Assembly: GCA_039811685.1 (NCBI GenBank)
Contig: JBDHZC010000001.1
Span: 256,001-320,000, forward strand
DNA: 64,000 nt
Direction: 5' to 3'
From: Armatimonadota bacterium
Lineage (GTDB): Bacteria > Armatimonadota > UBA5829 > DSUL01
Shown: piece after piece, positions 38,918-47,937 of the stretch
Numbering within the stretch: the first letter of the stretch is position 1
Layout: every line of letters starts with the position of its first letter
Program-made: the position numbers and the translations under genes
The notes under the pieces: model-generated
What the model was told of the DNA's origin: nothing
Seen by the model: the letters and a program-made list of their open reading frames with translations, nothing else
The model's database searches: none

Positions 38918-39180
38918 AAGGTTACCCCCATTCGTGAACTGTCTGATAGATACCGCGCGCCCCGCAATCCTTCAATCCGGATTCGAAATACTTCGATTGA
39001 GGCTTCGGCAGGGCCGTAACCCTGGCGCCCCATTCTCGTATTGGAGGGATAACGGGCCTCCAGTTGTAAGCATCCTTCAGAGTCCGGGTACGAAAGTGCA
39101 AGACCAACCCGCACTTAGGTCTAAAGGCGCCCGGATTCAACACAATTCGAGGGGATTACCGGGCAGTTCAAGGAGGAAAC

Positions 39181-41205
39181 ATGAACTCAATGCAGTGTCC
39201 GCAAGGCCACCAGAGGCGCTCACTGCTTCTGCGACTCAGAATGTGCAGCCTTCTGGCTGTGATCCTCGGCATCGCGCTTGGAGCGCACGCTCATGCGGCT
39301 CCGCCAGGGCAGCCTCAGAACGTGTCATTTGCCCCGGCAAGCGGGACGGTCCTCACCGGACAGCCGCGGGATATGTACGCTCGCTATCTGCACCCCGACG
39401 GCTCTCAGTTCTTAGCCCGGACCTTTGTCCTGATCAACAACACGCTGAATCCCCACAGCGCGGCGTACCTATTCTATGATGTGGCCACCGACAACATATA
39501 CCTTCGCAATGACAACAACAGCCAGTGGCTGGGTGGATTCCATCCGGGGTCTTCAAATACGATAGAAAACTCATTTGTGCGAGTGGACTGCGCCAATACC
39601 GAGGTCACGACGACCCCTTCAGTCATCGTGGTAAAATACCGCGTCGTCTTCAAGATCGCTAAAGGCGCTGTCAGAGTTTTTGAGCTCTGTTCGGGGACCT
39701 TCGGCGGAATGGACGGCTTCGATCAGATGGGGTCATTCTCCATTGTCGCTCCGCTTCCGCCTCTGAACGAAAGCGTGACACCCGGCAGCGGAACTCTGGG
39801 TACAGATACCCCTCTAAACATAGCGGGTCGCTATTCGGATCCAAACGGCGTGCGCGATCTCGCGCGAACGTTTATGTTGATCAGCACGGATCAGGGCGCC
39901 GCAAACGCGATTTTTCTGTATTACGACGTGAACTCAAATCGCGTCTTCTTGCGCAATGACAGCAACACTGCATGGCTTGGCGGGTTTGCGCCGGGATCGG
40001 CGCAGACTATTGAAAACAGTCAGGTGCGTGTGGACCTGGCAAATACCGCGCTGACGCAGGGAGCGTATGCCATTTATGTCAGCTATCGCCTGACGCTGAA
40101 AGCCCCGATGTCCAACAAAGAGCTGCGCGGGCTGCTGTTCTGCAGTGATGACGGAGGGCTGACAGATGGATGGGGTGATCTGGCGCAGTTCTCAACGGTG
40201 ACGCGTCAGGCTCCGGTCAACGCTTCTCTGACGCCCCTTTCGCAGACCATTGCGCCTAACACCGCGCAGATCCTGACGTCCACTCATACCGACGGCAACG
40301 GCGCGACTAACCTTGCCCGCGTACTGCTGGTGCTGAATCCTCTGTTCACGTTCCAGAACAGCATCCTTCTGTTTTACGATGCAAACACGAACAGTATCTA
40401 TCTGCGCAGTGACGACAACTCCTCATGGCTTGGCGGCTATGCGCCGGGGGCTGCCGAGACGCTGGCGAACAGCCGTGTGAGCGTTGACATCGGCGCAACC
40501 ACAGCGACCTTTTCAGCAGATACGCTCACAATAGACTGGAAGTTGACTTTCCTCACCCCCACAGCCGGAAGCGCGCTTACAGGCTGGCTGTTCTGTGTGG
40601 ACGATAACGGGCTGACGGACGGCTGGGATCAGTTGGGGACATACACCATCTCCTCTTCGTCCGGCGGTGGAACTAACCCGTACGCTCCGTTTGGGGTGGG
40701 CTACAGCGCCAGCTACAGCATCACGTACGATCCCGCGCTTGTGCCGCCGGATACGGCAGACGTCACCATATCAGGCACAGAAAGCGTCAACGGCACGACC
40801 GCCTTCGTCATTGATAACTCGCCGCTGTCTAACTTCGCCGGAACGGCCAGTGTCGCTGTGGCGGCCAGCGGGGACCTGATGCTGTACAAGGAGTGCACGG
40901 GTAATCCCCTGAGCTGTTTCACGTACCCCACTCCAAGCAAGCTGCTGCCCGGCACGATGGCCATCAATGACGTCTGGTACTCTAAGGATCGCAATGATAA
41001 CACAGTCACCTGCACGATTATTGCGACGAACGAAAACTTCGCCGTCGCCGCTGGCACGTTCAACAACATTGTGCAGGTGCGCTACACCTCGAGTGCGCAG
41101 CTTTTGGAGTTATGGTTCGCTCCGAACGTCGGAATCATTAGGGCCCAGGCGTCGAAAAACGGCATTATCTCGACCGCTGAGCTGACCTCGTACTCAGTCC
41201 CATAA
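39181..41205 (+). CDS. Secreted protein with three ~150-aa repeats and a beta-rich C-terminal domain
   Basis: AAGGAGG RBS and signal peptide; three copies of 'LAR...YD...N..YLR.D.N..WLGG..PG....N S.V.VD'. Confidence 0.8.
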   Translation: MNSMQCPQGHQRRSLLLRLRMCSLLAVILGIALGAHAHAAPPGQPQNVSFAPASGTVLTGQPRDMYARYLHPDGSQFLARTFVLINNTLNPHSAAYLFYDVATDNIYLRNDNNSQWLGGFHPGSSNTIENSFVRVDCANTEVTTTPSVIVVKYRVVFKIAKGAVRVFELCSGTFGGMDGFDQMGSFSIVAPLPPLNESVTPGSGTLGTDTPLNIAGRYSDPNGVRDLARTFMLISTDQGAANAIFLYYDVNSNRVFLRNDSNTAWLGGFAPGSAQTIENSQVRVDLANTALTQGAYAIYVSYRLTLKAPMSNKELRGLLFCSDDGGLTDGWGDLAQFSTVTRQAPVNASLTPLSQTIAPNTAQILTSTHTDGNGATNLARVLLVLNPLFTFQNSILLFYDANTNSIYLRSDDNSSWLGGYAPGAAETLANSRVSVDIGATTATFSADTLTIDWKLTFLTPTAGSALTGWLFCVDDNGLTDGWDQLGTYTISSSSGGGTNPYAPFGVGYSASYSITYDPALVPPDTADVTISGTESVNGTTAFVIDNSPLSNFAGTASVAVAASGDLMLYKECTGNPLSCFTYPTPSKLLPGTMAINDVWYSKDRNDNTVTCTIIATNENFAVAAGTFNNIVQVRYTSSAQLLELWFAPNVGIIRAQASKNGIISTAELTSYSVP

Positions 41206-41230
41206 CCGCCGAAAGGCGTCCCACAGCTTG

Positions 41231-41270
41231 ACGGCGCAGATTCCAAGGACGCGGAATCTGCGCCGTTTCT
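41231..41270 (+). terminator. Terminator-like hairpin
   Basis: Perfect 14-bp stem ACGGCGCAGATTCC/GGAATCTGCGCCGT followed by TTCT, 25 nt after the stop. Confidence 0.65.
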
Positions 41271-41360
41271 GTGCGTCAACGTAAACCGGGTCGGGCTAAT
41301 ACGGGTAAGAACAAGTTGCTGGTGCGGCAAGTCCGCCCAAAAATCCACGGAGGTGACACT

Positions 41361-41540
41361 GTGACTGTGAAAGATCCCGTATGCGGCCGTCAGGTGAGCC
41401 CGGATCAGGCCAGATTCTCGACGGATGTCGAAGGCACGAAATACTACTTCTGCTCTGAAGAGTGCAAACAGAAGTTTGAGGACGATCCACGCAGGTACGT
41501 AGACGTACCGGGGACGGCCAGCGCTTCCCCGAAACCCTGA
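41361..41540 (+). CDS. YHS-domain small protein
   Basis: 'KDPVCG..V', 'G..YYFCS..C...F..DP.RY'; GGAGGTGA RBS. Confidence 0.85.
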   Translation: MTVKDPVCGRQVSPDQARFSTDVEGTKYYFCSEECKQKFEDDPRRYVDVPGTASASPKP

Positions 41541-41662
41541 CCAGGTGTGAGAGGACGCCTGGCAGAAGCATGTCGCGAACGTAGCTGCCACATGCGCCCG
41601 GCAACCTTTGCCCGGCGTCCTTTGCCCGGCGTCCTTTTCATAGCTCCTGAGACTGTCTCCCG

Positions 41663-42778
41663 CTATTTTTCGATGCTGGAGTGAGGAATCCCGGCGCCCT
41701 CGCCAGGGGCGTCCGGCGAAGTGGGCGCATCAGGTTGCGACGGATAGCGGTCTTTGGCGGCGGGAAGCGGCGGGAACGGTTTGTGCGGCTCGGTCTGATA
41801 CCAGAACGCTACCGTAGAGTAGTCGTCATGGCGCTCATTGCGCAGGCCGTGGCGCATCTCCATCCGGAACGTTTTCTCAAACGGGATTGGATCCTCGATG
41901 TGGAAGCGATAGAAGCTGTTGTCCGCGTGGACGGGCTTTTCATCGGATTCATACCACGGTGAGCCAAACCGCAGGCCGTTTTCACCCTTGCCGAAGCTCC
42001 AGCCCTGCCCGAAGTAGTCTTCCTGTCCGGTGGCGGGAATCTCTCGCCCGTCCACCCAAATCTGTTCGCCGCCGTCCCCCCACCAGCCGGGGGAGTTTGT
42101 CCGATTGTAGTAGAACAGGCCGACAAAGTGGCCTTCACCGGCGGCGTCCAGAATCAGATAGGAGGGACCGCTCGTCGGTTTGGCTTGACGATACTGCGCG
42201 TGGAACGTACGCACATAGTCCGGCAGGGACGCCACCTTCTTGTAGTTGATGTGGTAGAATAGCCGTCTCAGTTCGTGATCCGGGGAGTTACTGAAGGTAA
42301 TCCGGCAGCTCTTTTTGAATGGCATGGGAAAAAAGCAGTTGTACCCGCGCTTGTTTCCGGTCTCAAAGGGGATGGAGTGCACGTCGTAGTACTTTCCGTG
42401 CCCCAGTCCGAAGAACTCACCGATCGGAACTTCCACGCTCGGTTCCTTCTCGCCGTCCCAGTAGATGCGCAGCACACAGTCTTTCAACACATAGTCCCGC
42501 TGCCGCGACAGGGTGAACCAGATGTGTGAGATGATTCCTGGACCCTGAATGTTGGCGATCTCCTTTGAGTCTCCGGGCTTCATAATGTCGCTGCCGTCAG
42601 GTCCGGCGGTGGGATTGCTCACAATACGGTGGAATGTGTAGTCCTTCGGAAGATACATGTTCGCCAACAGCTCGCCGGTATCTACGGTGACGGCTCCTCC
42701 ATTAGCCGCCGTAGCTCCGGTGGCCAAAACTATCGGAGCGCAGGCCAGAGCAGCAGCAAAGAGATGCGTGAATGCCAT
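41663..42778 (-). CDS. DUF2961 / GH172-like glycoside hydrolase
   Basis: Signal peptide; 'GPG.I.HIW.T', 'LRIYWDGE..PSVEVP.G.FFG', 'FPMPF', 'TG.EDYF' and 'YRFHI.DPI.F'. WWGDG stands where the family usually has WWGEG. Confidence 0.85.
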   Translation of the reverse strand: MAFTHLFAAALACAPIVLATGATAANGGAVTVDTGELLANMYLPKDYTFHRIVSNPTAGPDGSDIMKPGDSKEIANIQGPGIISHIWFTLSRQRDYVLKDCVLRIYWDGEKEPSVEVPIGEFFGLGHGKYYDVHSIPFETGNKRGYNCFFPMPFKKSCRITFSNSPDHELRRLFYHINYKKVASLPDYVRTFHAQYRQAKPTSGPSYLILDAAGEGHFVGLFYYNRTNSPGWWGDGGEQIWVDGREIPATGQEDYFGQGWSFGKGENGLRFGSPWYESDEKPVHADNSFYRFHIEDPIPFEKTFRMEMRHGLRNERHDDYSTVAFWYQTEPHKPFPPLPAAKDRYPSQPDAPTSPDAPGEGAGIPHSSIEK

Positions 42779-42983
42779 AAGTGATTGTCCTCCATAGTGG
42801 CCGGCCCGCCTGCCCCGGGTCAGCTTCGCGGGATAGTGTCAAAGCAGAACGCTTTCACCAACTCTGGATCTGCAATGCGGCGCCCGCGCACGCGCTATTC
42901 GGCTAAAATGGCTTCTGTTGATCCGGAAGCAAGTTTTGCGGACAGGTTGACAGCTTAGCTCAACAGAACTGGAGAAGTTTAGC

Positions 42984-45900
42984 ATGCCCGAGAATGGACC
43001 TATGTCGCTTACTACTGAGCGGCTCTACCGGCAGAAGATTCGGCGACGTAAGGATGAGATCTACAACTACCGCATTTCCAACCGTACGCCAATCTCGGAC
43101 ATTACCATCTGGGAGACTCCAGAGTTTCTTCTGCCCTCCGATGTCCGGGACAAAAAGTTCAAGTCCATTAAAATCGGCCAGCAGTGGGGTGGCGGAGTCA
43201 GTGGATGGTTCAGAGTAAAGATCACCATTCCCGAGGCATTCCGCGGCCGTGAGGTGGCGGCGTTTCTGGATATGGGCGGAGAAGCCTGCGCATTCCTGAA
43301 CGGCAAACCGTACCAGGGTGTGGACGGCAATCATCAGGAGCTGTTGCTTGCCAAGCGCGCGCAGGGTGGGGAGAGCTTTGAGTTTCTGCTTGAAGCCTCA
43401 GCGCACAACTGGCATACTCCTAGCGACAAAGCGCCTCGCACCCTCCAGCGAGCCGAGCTGGCGACCCGGAATCCGGAAGTCGAAGAGTACTGGTTCAATG
43501 TGGAGGTCCTTCTGTCTCTGGCTGAGCAGCTTCCAGAAAAGAGCGCCCGGCGCGCCAGGATTGTCTATGCGCTGAACAAGAGCGTGGATGCGTTTGACTA
43601 CACACACAAAGACGACGCTTCACTCAAGAAGTCTGCCCTTCGCGCCAATGCTTTCCTCAAACCCGTTCTTGACCAACCTGCGTGTCCGTCTGCGACTAAC
43701 GTCGCAGTGCATGGGCATTCGCACATTGACGTCGCCTGGCTCTGGCCCTACAACGAGACCAGACGCAAATGCGCGCGCACCTTCAGCACTGTCATGCGCA
43801 TGATGGAGCAGTATCCGGAATATATATTCTCTCAGAGTCAGGCGCAACTTTACGAGTTCACGCGGCAGCGCTACCCTGAGCTTTACGAAGACATCAAGAA
43901 AGCCGTCAAGAAGGGGCACTGGGATGTTGAAGGCTCGATGTGGGTCGAGGCAGACTGCAATCTTTCTTCTGGAGAGTCGCTCATCCGTCAGGTAGTTCTC
44001 GGCAAAAACTTCTTCATGCGGGAGTTCGGCAAAGAAACGCACGTGCTCTGGCTGCCGGACGTTTTTGGATACGCTGCTGCCCTTCCGCAGATCTTGCAGA
44101 AAGCCCGCGTTCCGTATTTCAGCACGATCAAGATCAATTGGAGCCAGTTCAACACATTCCCGTACAACACGTTCTGGTGGGAGGGGATTGACGGTACCCG
44201 CGTTCTGGCGCATTTCCCTCCGACTACGGACTACAACGCCTATGTCGAACCTGCCAAGCTCATCCAGCAGGTTGATGAGTTCAAAGAGAAAGACCGCAGT
44301 GATTGGTCGCTGCTTTCGTACGGATGGGGAGATGGCGGCGGCGGTGCTGACAGGCGTCACTTCGAGTTTTTGCGCCGTTCTGAGGATACTGAAGGCCTTC
44401 CTCGCTGCAAACAGACGAAAATCGAGGATTTCTTCCGAACGATTGACGATCCGTCTATCGACTATCCGACGTGGGTTGGGGAGCTCTATCTGGAGCTTCA
44501 CCGCGGCACGTACACCACCCAGGCCCGCAACAAGCGCTACAACCGTATCGCTGAGCTGAAATACCGTGACGCCGAGCTGTTCTCTTCCGTCGCCTCACAC
44601 ATGCATGTGCCCTATCCCTACGAGGAGCTCCATAAAGGCTGGCAGGATATTCTGGTCAATCAGTTCCACGATGTGATTCCCGGATCGTCTGTTCACTGGG
44701 TCTATGAAGATACTAATGAGATGTATCCCCGCATCCTCGAGGTTGCGGAGAAAGCAACAGAGTCTGCATGCAGTGCCATCGTCGAAAACATTAACTTTGG
44801 TGGGCAGGCGCCTGTTGTCGTCGTTTTCAACTCACTGCCATGGGAGCGCCGCAGCGTCGCGCATTTCCAGTGGCCTGCAGACAAGCCATGCGCCATCGAG
44901 ACGACGGACGGGCAGGAGGTGCCGATTCAGCGCTCCGGTGATCTTGTAGAGTTCACCGCCAAGGCGCCGTCTATGGGGTATGCTACCTACCGCGTGAGAG
45001 AGCGCCGCCCGCAGAACGTTACCGCGAACACGCTCAAGGCCAGCAAGACGTCTATGGAGAATCGCTTCTACAAGATCGCCATTGACAACAAGGGCGTCAT
45101 CACGTCCATTCTGCACAAGGAGAGTGGACGGGAGCTTCTGCCGGAAGGCGAGCGTGGAAATCTTCTTCGACTGTATGAAGACAAGCCACTGGAGTGGCAG
45201 GCATGGGATATTGACTTCTTCTATGAAGACAAGTGGGAGGACGTCACGCAACTCGATTCAGTTGAGGTACTGAATCAGGGGCCGGTGTCTGCGTCTGTTG
45301 AGTTCGTCCGCAGCTTCGGCGCCTCCCATCTCAAGCAGAAGATGACCATTTACGCCGACGACCCCCGCATTGACTTTGTGACGTGGGTTGACTGGCGTGA
45401 AGAGAACAAGTGCCTGAAGGCATGCTTCCCGGTGGACGTGAATGCCTCCAAGGCTCGCTATGAGATTCAGTTCGGCAACGTGGAGCGCGCAACACATACC
45501 AATACGAGCTGGGACAAGGCTCGATTTGAGGTGTGTGCGCACCGATGGGCGGACATCTCAGAACAGGGCTTTGGGATGAGTCTTATGAACGACTGCAAGT
45601 ACGGTCATCACACCGTTGGCAACGAGATGCGCCTCACCCTTCTGCGCGCTCCAAAAGACCCGGACCCGCAGGCGGATATGGGCGAGCACCTGTTTACGTA
45701 CTCTATTATGCCGCACGCGGGAGACTACATCTCCGCACAGACCGTACGCCGAGCTTATGAGTTGAATGTTCCGCTCAAGTGCGTGCCGGTTGAAAGCCGG
45801 GCAGATGCGAGTGAAGGCTCTCTGCTGGATGAGACGTCCTTCTTCAACGTGGATGCGCCGAATGTGATCCTTGAGACCGTAAAACGCGCGGAAAACAGCG

Positions 45901-46094
45901 GAGACACGATCATCCGCCTCTATGAGTGCCACAATCAGCGAGCGCACGTCTCCATCAACGTCAATCTGCCGTTCACGAAGGTGTACGAGACGGATCTGAT
46001 GGAAGATAACCTGCAGGAGGTAGCCTTCAAGTTCCGCTATTTCACGGCAGACTTAAAGCCCTTTGAGATCAAGACGTTCAAGCTGGTGGAGTAG
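42984..46094 (+). CDS. Alpha-mannosidase, GH38
   Basis: 'GHSHIDVAWLW', 'WLPDVFGY', 'GELYLELHRGTYT' and 'NQFHDVIPGSS'. Confidence 0.95.
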   Translation: MPENGPMSLTTERLYRQKIRRRKDEIYNYRISNRTPISDITIWETPEFLLPSDVRDKKFKSIKIGQQWGGGVSGWFRVKITIPEAFRGREVAAFLDMGGEACAFLNGKPYQGVDGNHQELLLAKRAQGGESFEFLLEASAHNWHTPSDKAPRTLQRAELATRNPEVEEYWFNVEVLLSLAEQLPEKSARRARIVYALNKSVDAFDYTHKDDASLKKSALRANAFLKPVLDQPACPSATNVAVHGHSHIDVAWLWPYNETRRKCARTFSTVMRMMEQYPEYIFSQSQAQLYEFTRQRYPELYEDIKKAVKKGHWDVEGSMWVEADCNLSSGESLIRQVVLGKNFFMREFGKETHVLWLPDVFGYAAALPQILQKARVPYFSTIKINWSQFNTFPYNTFWWEGIDGTRVLAHFPPTTDYNAYVEPAKLIQQVDEFKEKDRSDWSLLSYGWGDGGGGADRRHFEFLRRSEDTEGLPRCKQTKIEDFFRTIDDPSIDYPTWVGELYLELHRGTYTTQARNKRYNRIAELKYRDAELFSSVASHMHVPYPYEELHKGWQDILVNQFHDVIPGSSVHWVYEDTNEMYPRILEVAEKATESACSAIVENINFGGQAPVVVVFNSLPWERRSVAHFQWPADKPCAIETTDGQEVPIQRSGDLVEFTAKAPSMGYATYRVRERRPQNVTANTLKASKTSMENRFYKIAIDNKGVITSILHKESGRELLPEGERGNLLRLYEDKPLEWQAWDIDFFYEDKWEDVTQLDSVEVLNQGPVSASVEFVRSFGASHLKQKMTIYADDPRIDFVTWVDWREENKCLKACFPVDVNASKARYEIQFGNVERATHTNTSWDKARFEVCAHRWADISEQGFGMSLMNDCKYGHHTVGNEMRLTLLRAPKDPDPQADMGEHLFTYSIMPHAGDYISAQTVRRAYELNVPLKCVPVESRADASEGSLLDETSFFNVDAPNVILETVKRAENSGDTIIRLYECHNQRAHVSINVNLPFTKVYETDLMEDNLQEVAFKFRYFTADLKPFEIKTFKLVE

Positions 46095-46114
46095 AACGCA
46101 AACGCGCGCCAGCA

Positions 46115-46169
46115 GACCATCGGGGAGCGAAAACCGATGCAATAGTCGAAGTTTTTCGCTCCTTTGGTC
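46115..46169. terminator. Hairpin between the convergent GH38 and REase genes
   Basis: GACCA..GGAGCGAAAA / TTTTCGCTCC..TGGTC. Confidence 0.45.
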
Positions 46170-46213
46170 GATATCTCAACACGAAGCCAGGTTATCGCAG
46201 TCAACAAATGTGG

Positions 46214-46843
46214 TTAGGCGCCAACACCCACCAAGACAAGGGGGACAGCCGGGATGCCTCGTCCCTGTCTGATAAGGTCGTACAGGGCGCCCTCATAGTT
46301 TGGGACGCCGGTGGTCATCGCCCTCCCACCGGCCGGATCAAGAGTCAGTTCACGCATCGGCAGTATTTCGACGCCGACGTCGATGGTGTCCCCGACGTAA
46401 AAGGCCATGTGCTTGACGAACAAGTCGTAGGCTATAAAGCTATATTTGCCAAATTGCACTTCAAGGGCGATTCGCTTCTTGACAAAGTCCGTTTGGTTCG
46501 AAGACCGAAGAGGTGTGAGTCCAGCATCTTCGATGAGTGCCTTTTGTTCCTCGGGAGGGAGGCCCACTGTCCGGCGTATGAGTTTTGCATCTACGGTTAC
46601 CCAGTATCTTACAACCGACGACTTCCAACCTCGTTTCTCAAGCCCCTCTTTGAACTGCTTGTTGAACGCAGGACAGGAGTAGATCAGCTTTCCTGGCATA
46701 GTCTTCTCCTTTGACATTTTGGTTCGACAGGCCTCGGCGTCCACCGAATCGATTACGGCAGTGATATCCTCCCAGATGTCTGGCTTATGTACTTTGATAT
46801 GCTCCCAGCCGTTCAGATGAGAATATTGCTCAACGATTCTCAC
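46214..46843 (-). CDS. Type II restriction endonuclease, BglII/BstYI-like
   Basis: 'QTDFVK.RIALEVQFGKY' (D...ExQ active site); GTGA overlap with the methylase. Confidence 0.85.
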   Translation of the reverse strand: MRIVEQYSHLNGWEHIKVHKPDIWEDITAVIDSVDAEACRTKMSKEKTMPGKLIYSCPAFNKQFKEGLEKRGWKSSVVRYWVTVDAKLIRRTVGLPPEEQKALIEDAGLTPLRSSNQTDFVKKRIALEVQFGKYSFIAYDLFVKHMAFYVGDTIDVGVEILPMRELTLDPAGGRAMTTGVPNYEGALYDLIRQGRGIPAVPLVLVGVGA

Positions 46844-47706
46844 CAGTGTCCGCCGTTCGGTAGTTTGGGATCATATACTGGCTTATGCATCGGGCGCGTT
46901 CGCAGTGTCCCCTGGCGCAGCGCGGAAATCCTCCGCCACGCGACGTCCACGTATTCCTGTACCACATCGCAGCCGTAGCCTTGCCGATCGTGCATCAGCG
47001 CGGCAATTACAGCGGACCCGACGCCCATGTACGGATCTAGAACATTATCATCGACATTAGTCATCGAGAGGACGAGACGCTCAATCAGCTCAACAGGAAA
47101 CTGACAGGGATGAATGGTCTTCTCGACGTGATTGCTCTTGACGTTCGGTATGATCCACACATCACCCGGATTCTTTCCCAGAGGATTTCCAGATAGTTTG
47201 CCAACGTTCGGGCCCTTGAAGTACCTTTTATTTGGGTACTTGGACGGCACACGGATCGGATCCAGATTGAAAACATAGTCGTCCGTCTTGGTGAACCAGA
47301 GTATAGTCTCATGGCGGCCAGACAGACGACGGCGGCAGTGAAGGCCATGCTCAAAGTGCCAGATAATCCGATTCCGAAGCTTAAGATTGTGGTGCTTAAA
47401 GAGCGGGTAGAGGACAATGTCAAGCGGAAATACTTCTCCATCTTTACTCACGTGGTTTCCGACTTGCCAGCAGATGGAGCCTTCTGGGCGCAGAACGCGG
47501 ACGCACTCCGCTATGACGGCCGCCTGTTCTTGCAGATAGAAATCGAGCGAACCGCGGCGCTCATAGGATTTTCCGATGTTGTACGGTGGCGAAGTAACTA
47601 CCAATTGCATTGACTCATCTGCGAGCGAGTGTAGAAAGTCTCTGTTGTCCGCGCAGGCGATATTTACGTCCGGTAGGTCGAATTCAGTGATGAGTTGCAG
47701 TGACAT
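46840..47706 (-). CDS. Amino-DNA methyltransferase, beta class (probably N4-cytosine)
   Basis: Motif IV 'VTSPPYN' precedes 'HPCQFP' and motif I 'LDPYMGVGS'. Confidence 0.9.
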   Translation of the reverse strand: MSLQLITEFDLPDVNIACADNRDFLHSLADESMQLVVTSPPYNIGKSYERRGSLDFYLQEQAAVIAECVRVLRPEGSICWQVGNHVSKDGEVFPLDIVLYPLFKHHNLKLRNRIIWHFEHGLHCRRRLSGRHETILWFTKTDDYVFNLDPIRVPSKYPNKRYFKGPNVGKLSGNPLGKNPGDVWIIPNVKSNHVEKTIHPCQFPVELIERLVLSMTNVDDNVLDPYMGVGSAVIAALMHDRQGYGCDVVQEYVDVAWRRISALRQGTLRTRPMHKPVYDPKLPNGGHW

Positions 47707-47937
47707 AGAAACGCGGTCCCCTCTGCTGCGCACTTCCGATTACATTCAAGAATACCCTTTGCGAAGTGTGGTTCGTCAAGATTTTCACTCTTCCCAACCC
47801 CTCGAGGTGGACTTAGCCCGCGAGACCAGAGATTTGGTTGTCCGCACGGTAAACGGGCTAGATGCACCCCTTTTCATCAAACAGTATCAAGCGTGTGGGG
47901 TCACATAAACTGCAAGGCAGGCAGCCCCACACTCCCC

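Noticed and set aside
39080..39140. c-di-GMP-I riboswitch (GAAA loop and GGTCTAA)
   Set aside because: Lacks the GGCAAA and GACGCAAA core; only a generic TCCGGGT/GCCCGGA stem is supported.
41605..41636. 14-bp tandem CCTTTGCCCGGCGT x2
   Set aside because: Short local duplication in a terminator-like intergenic hairpin; no evidence of function.
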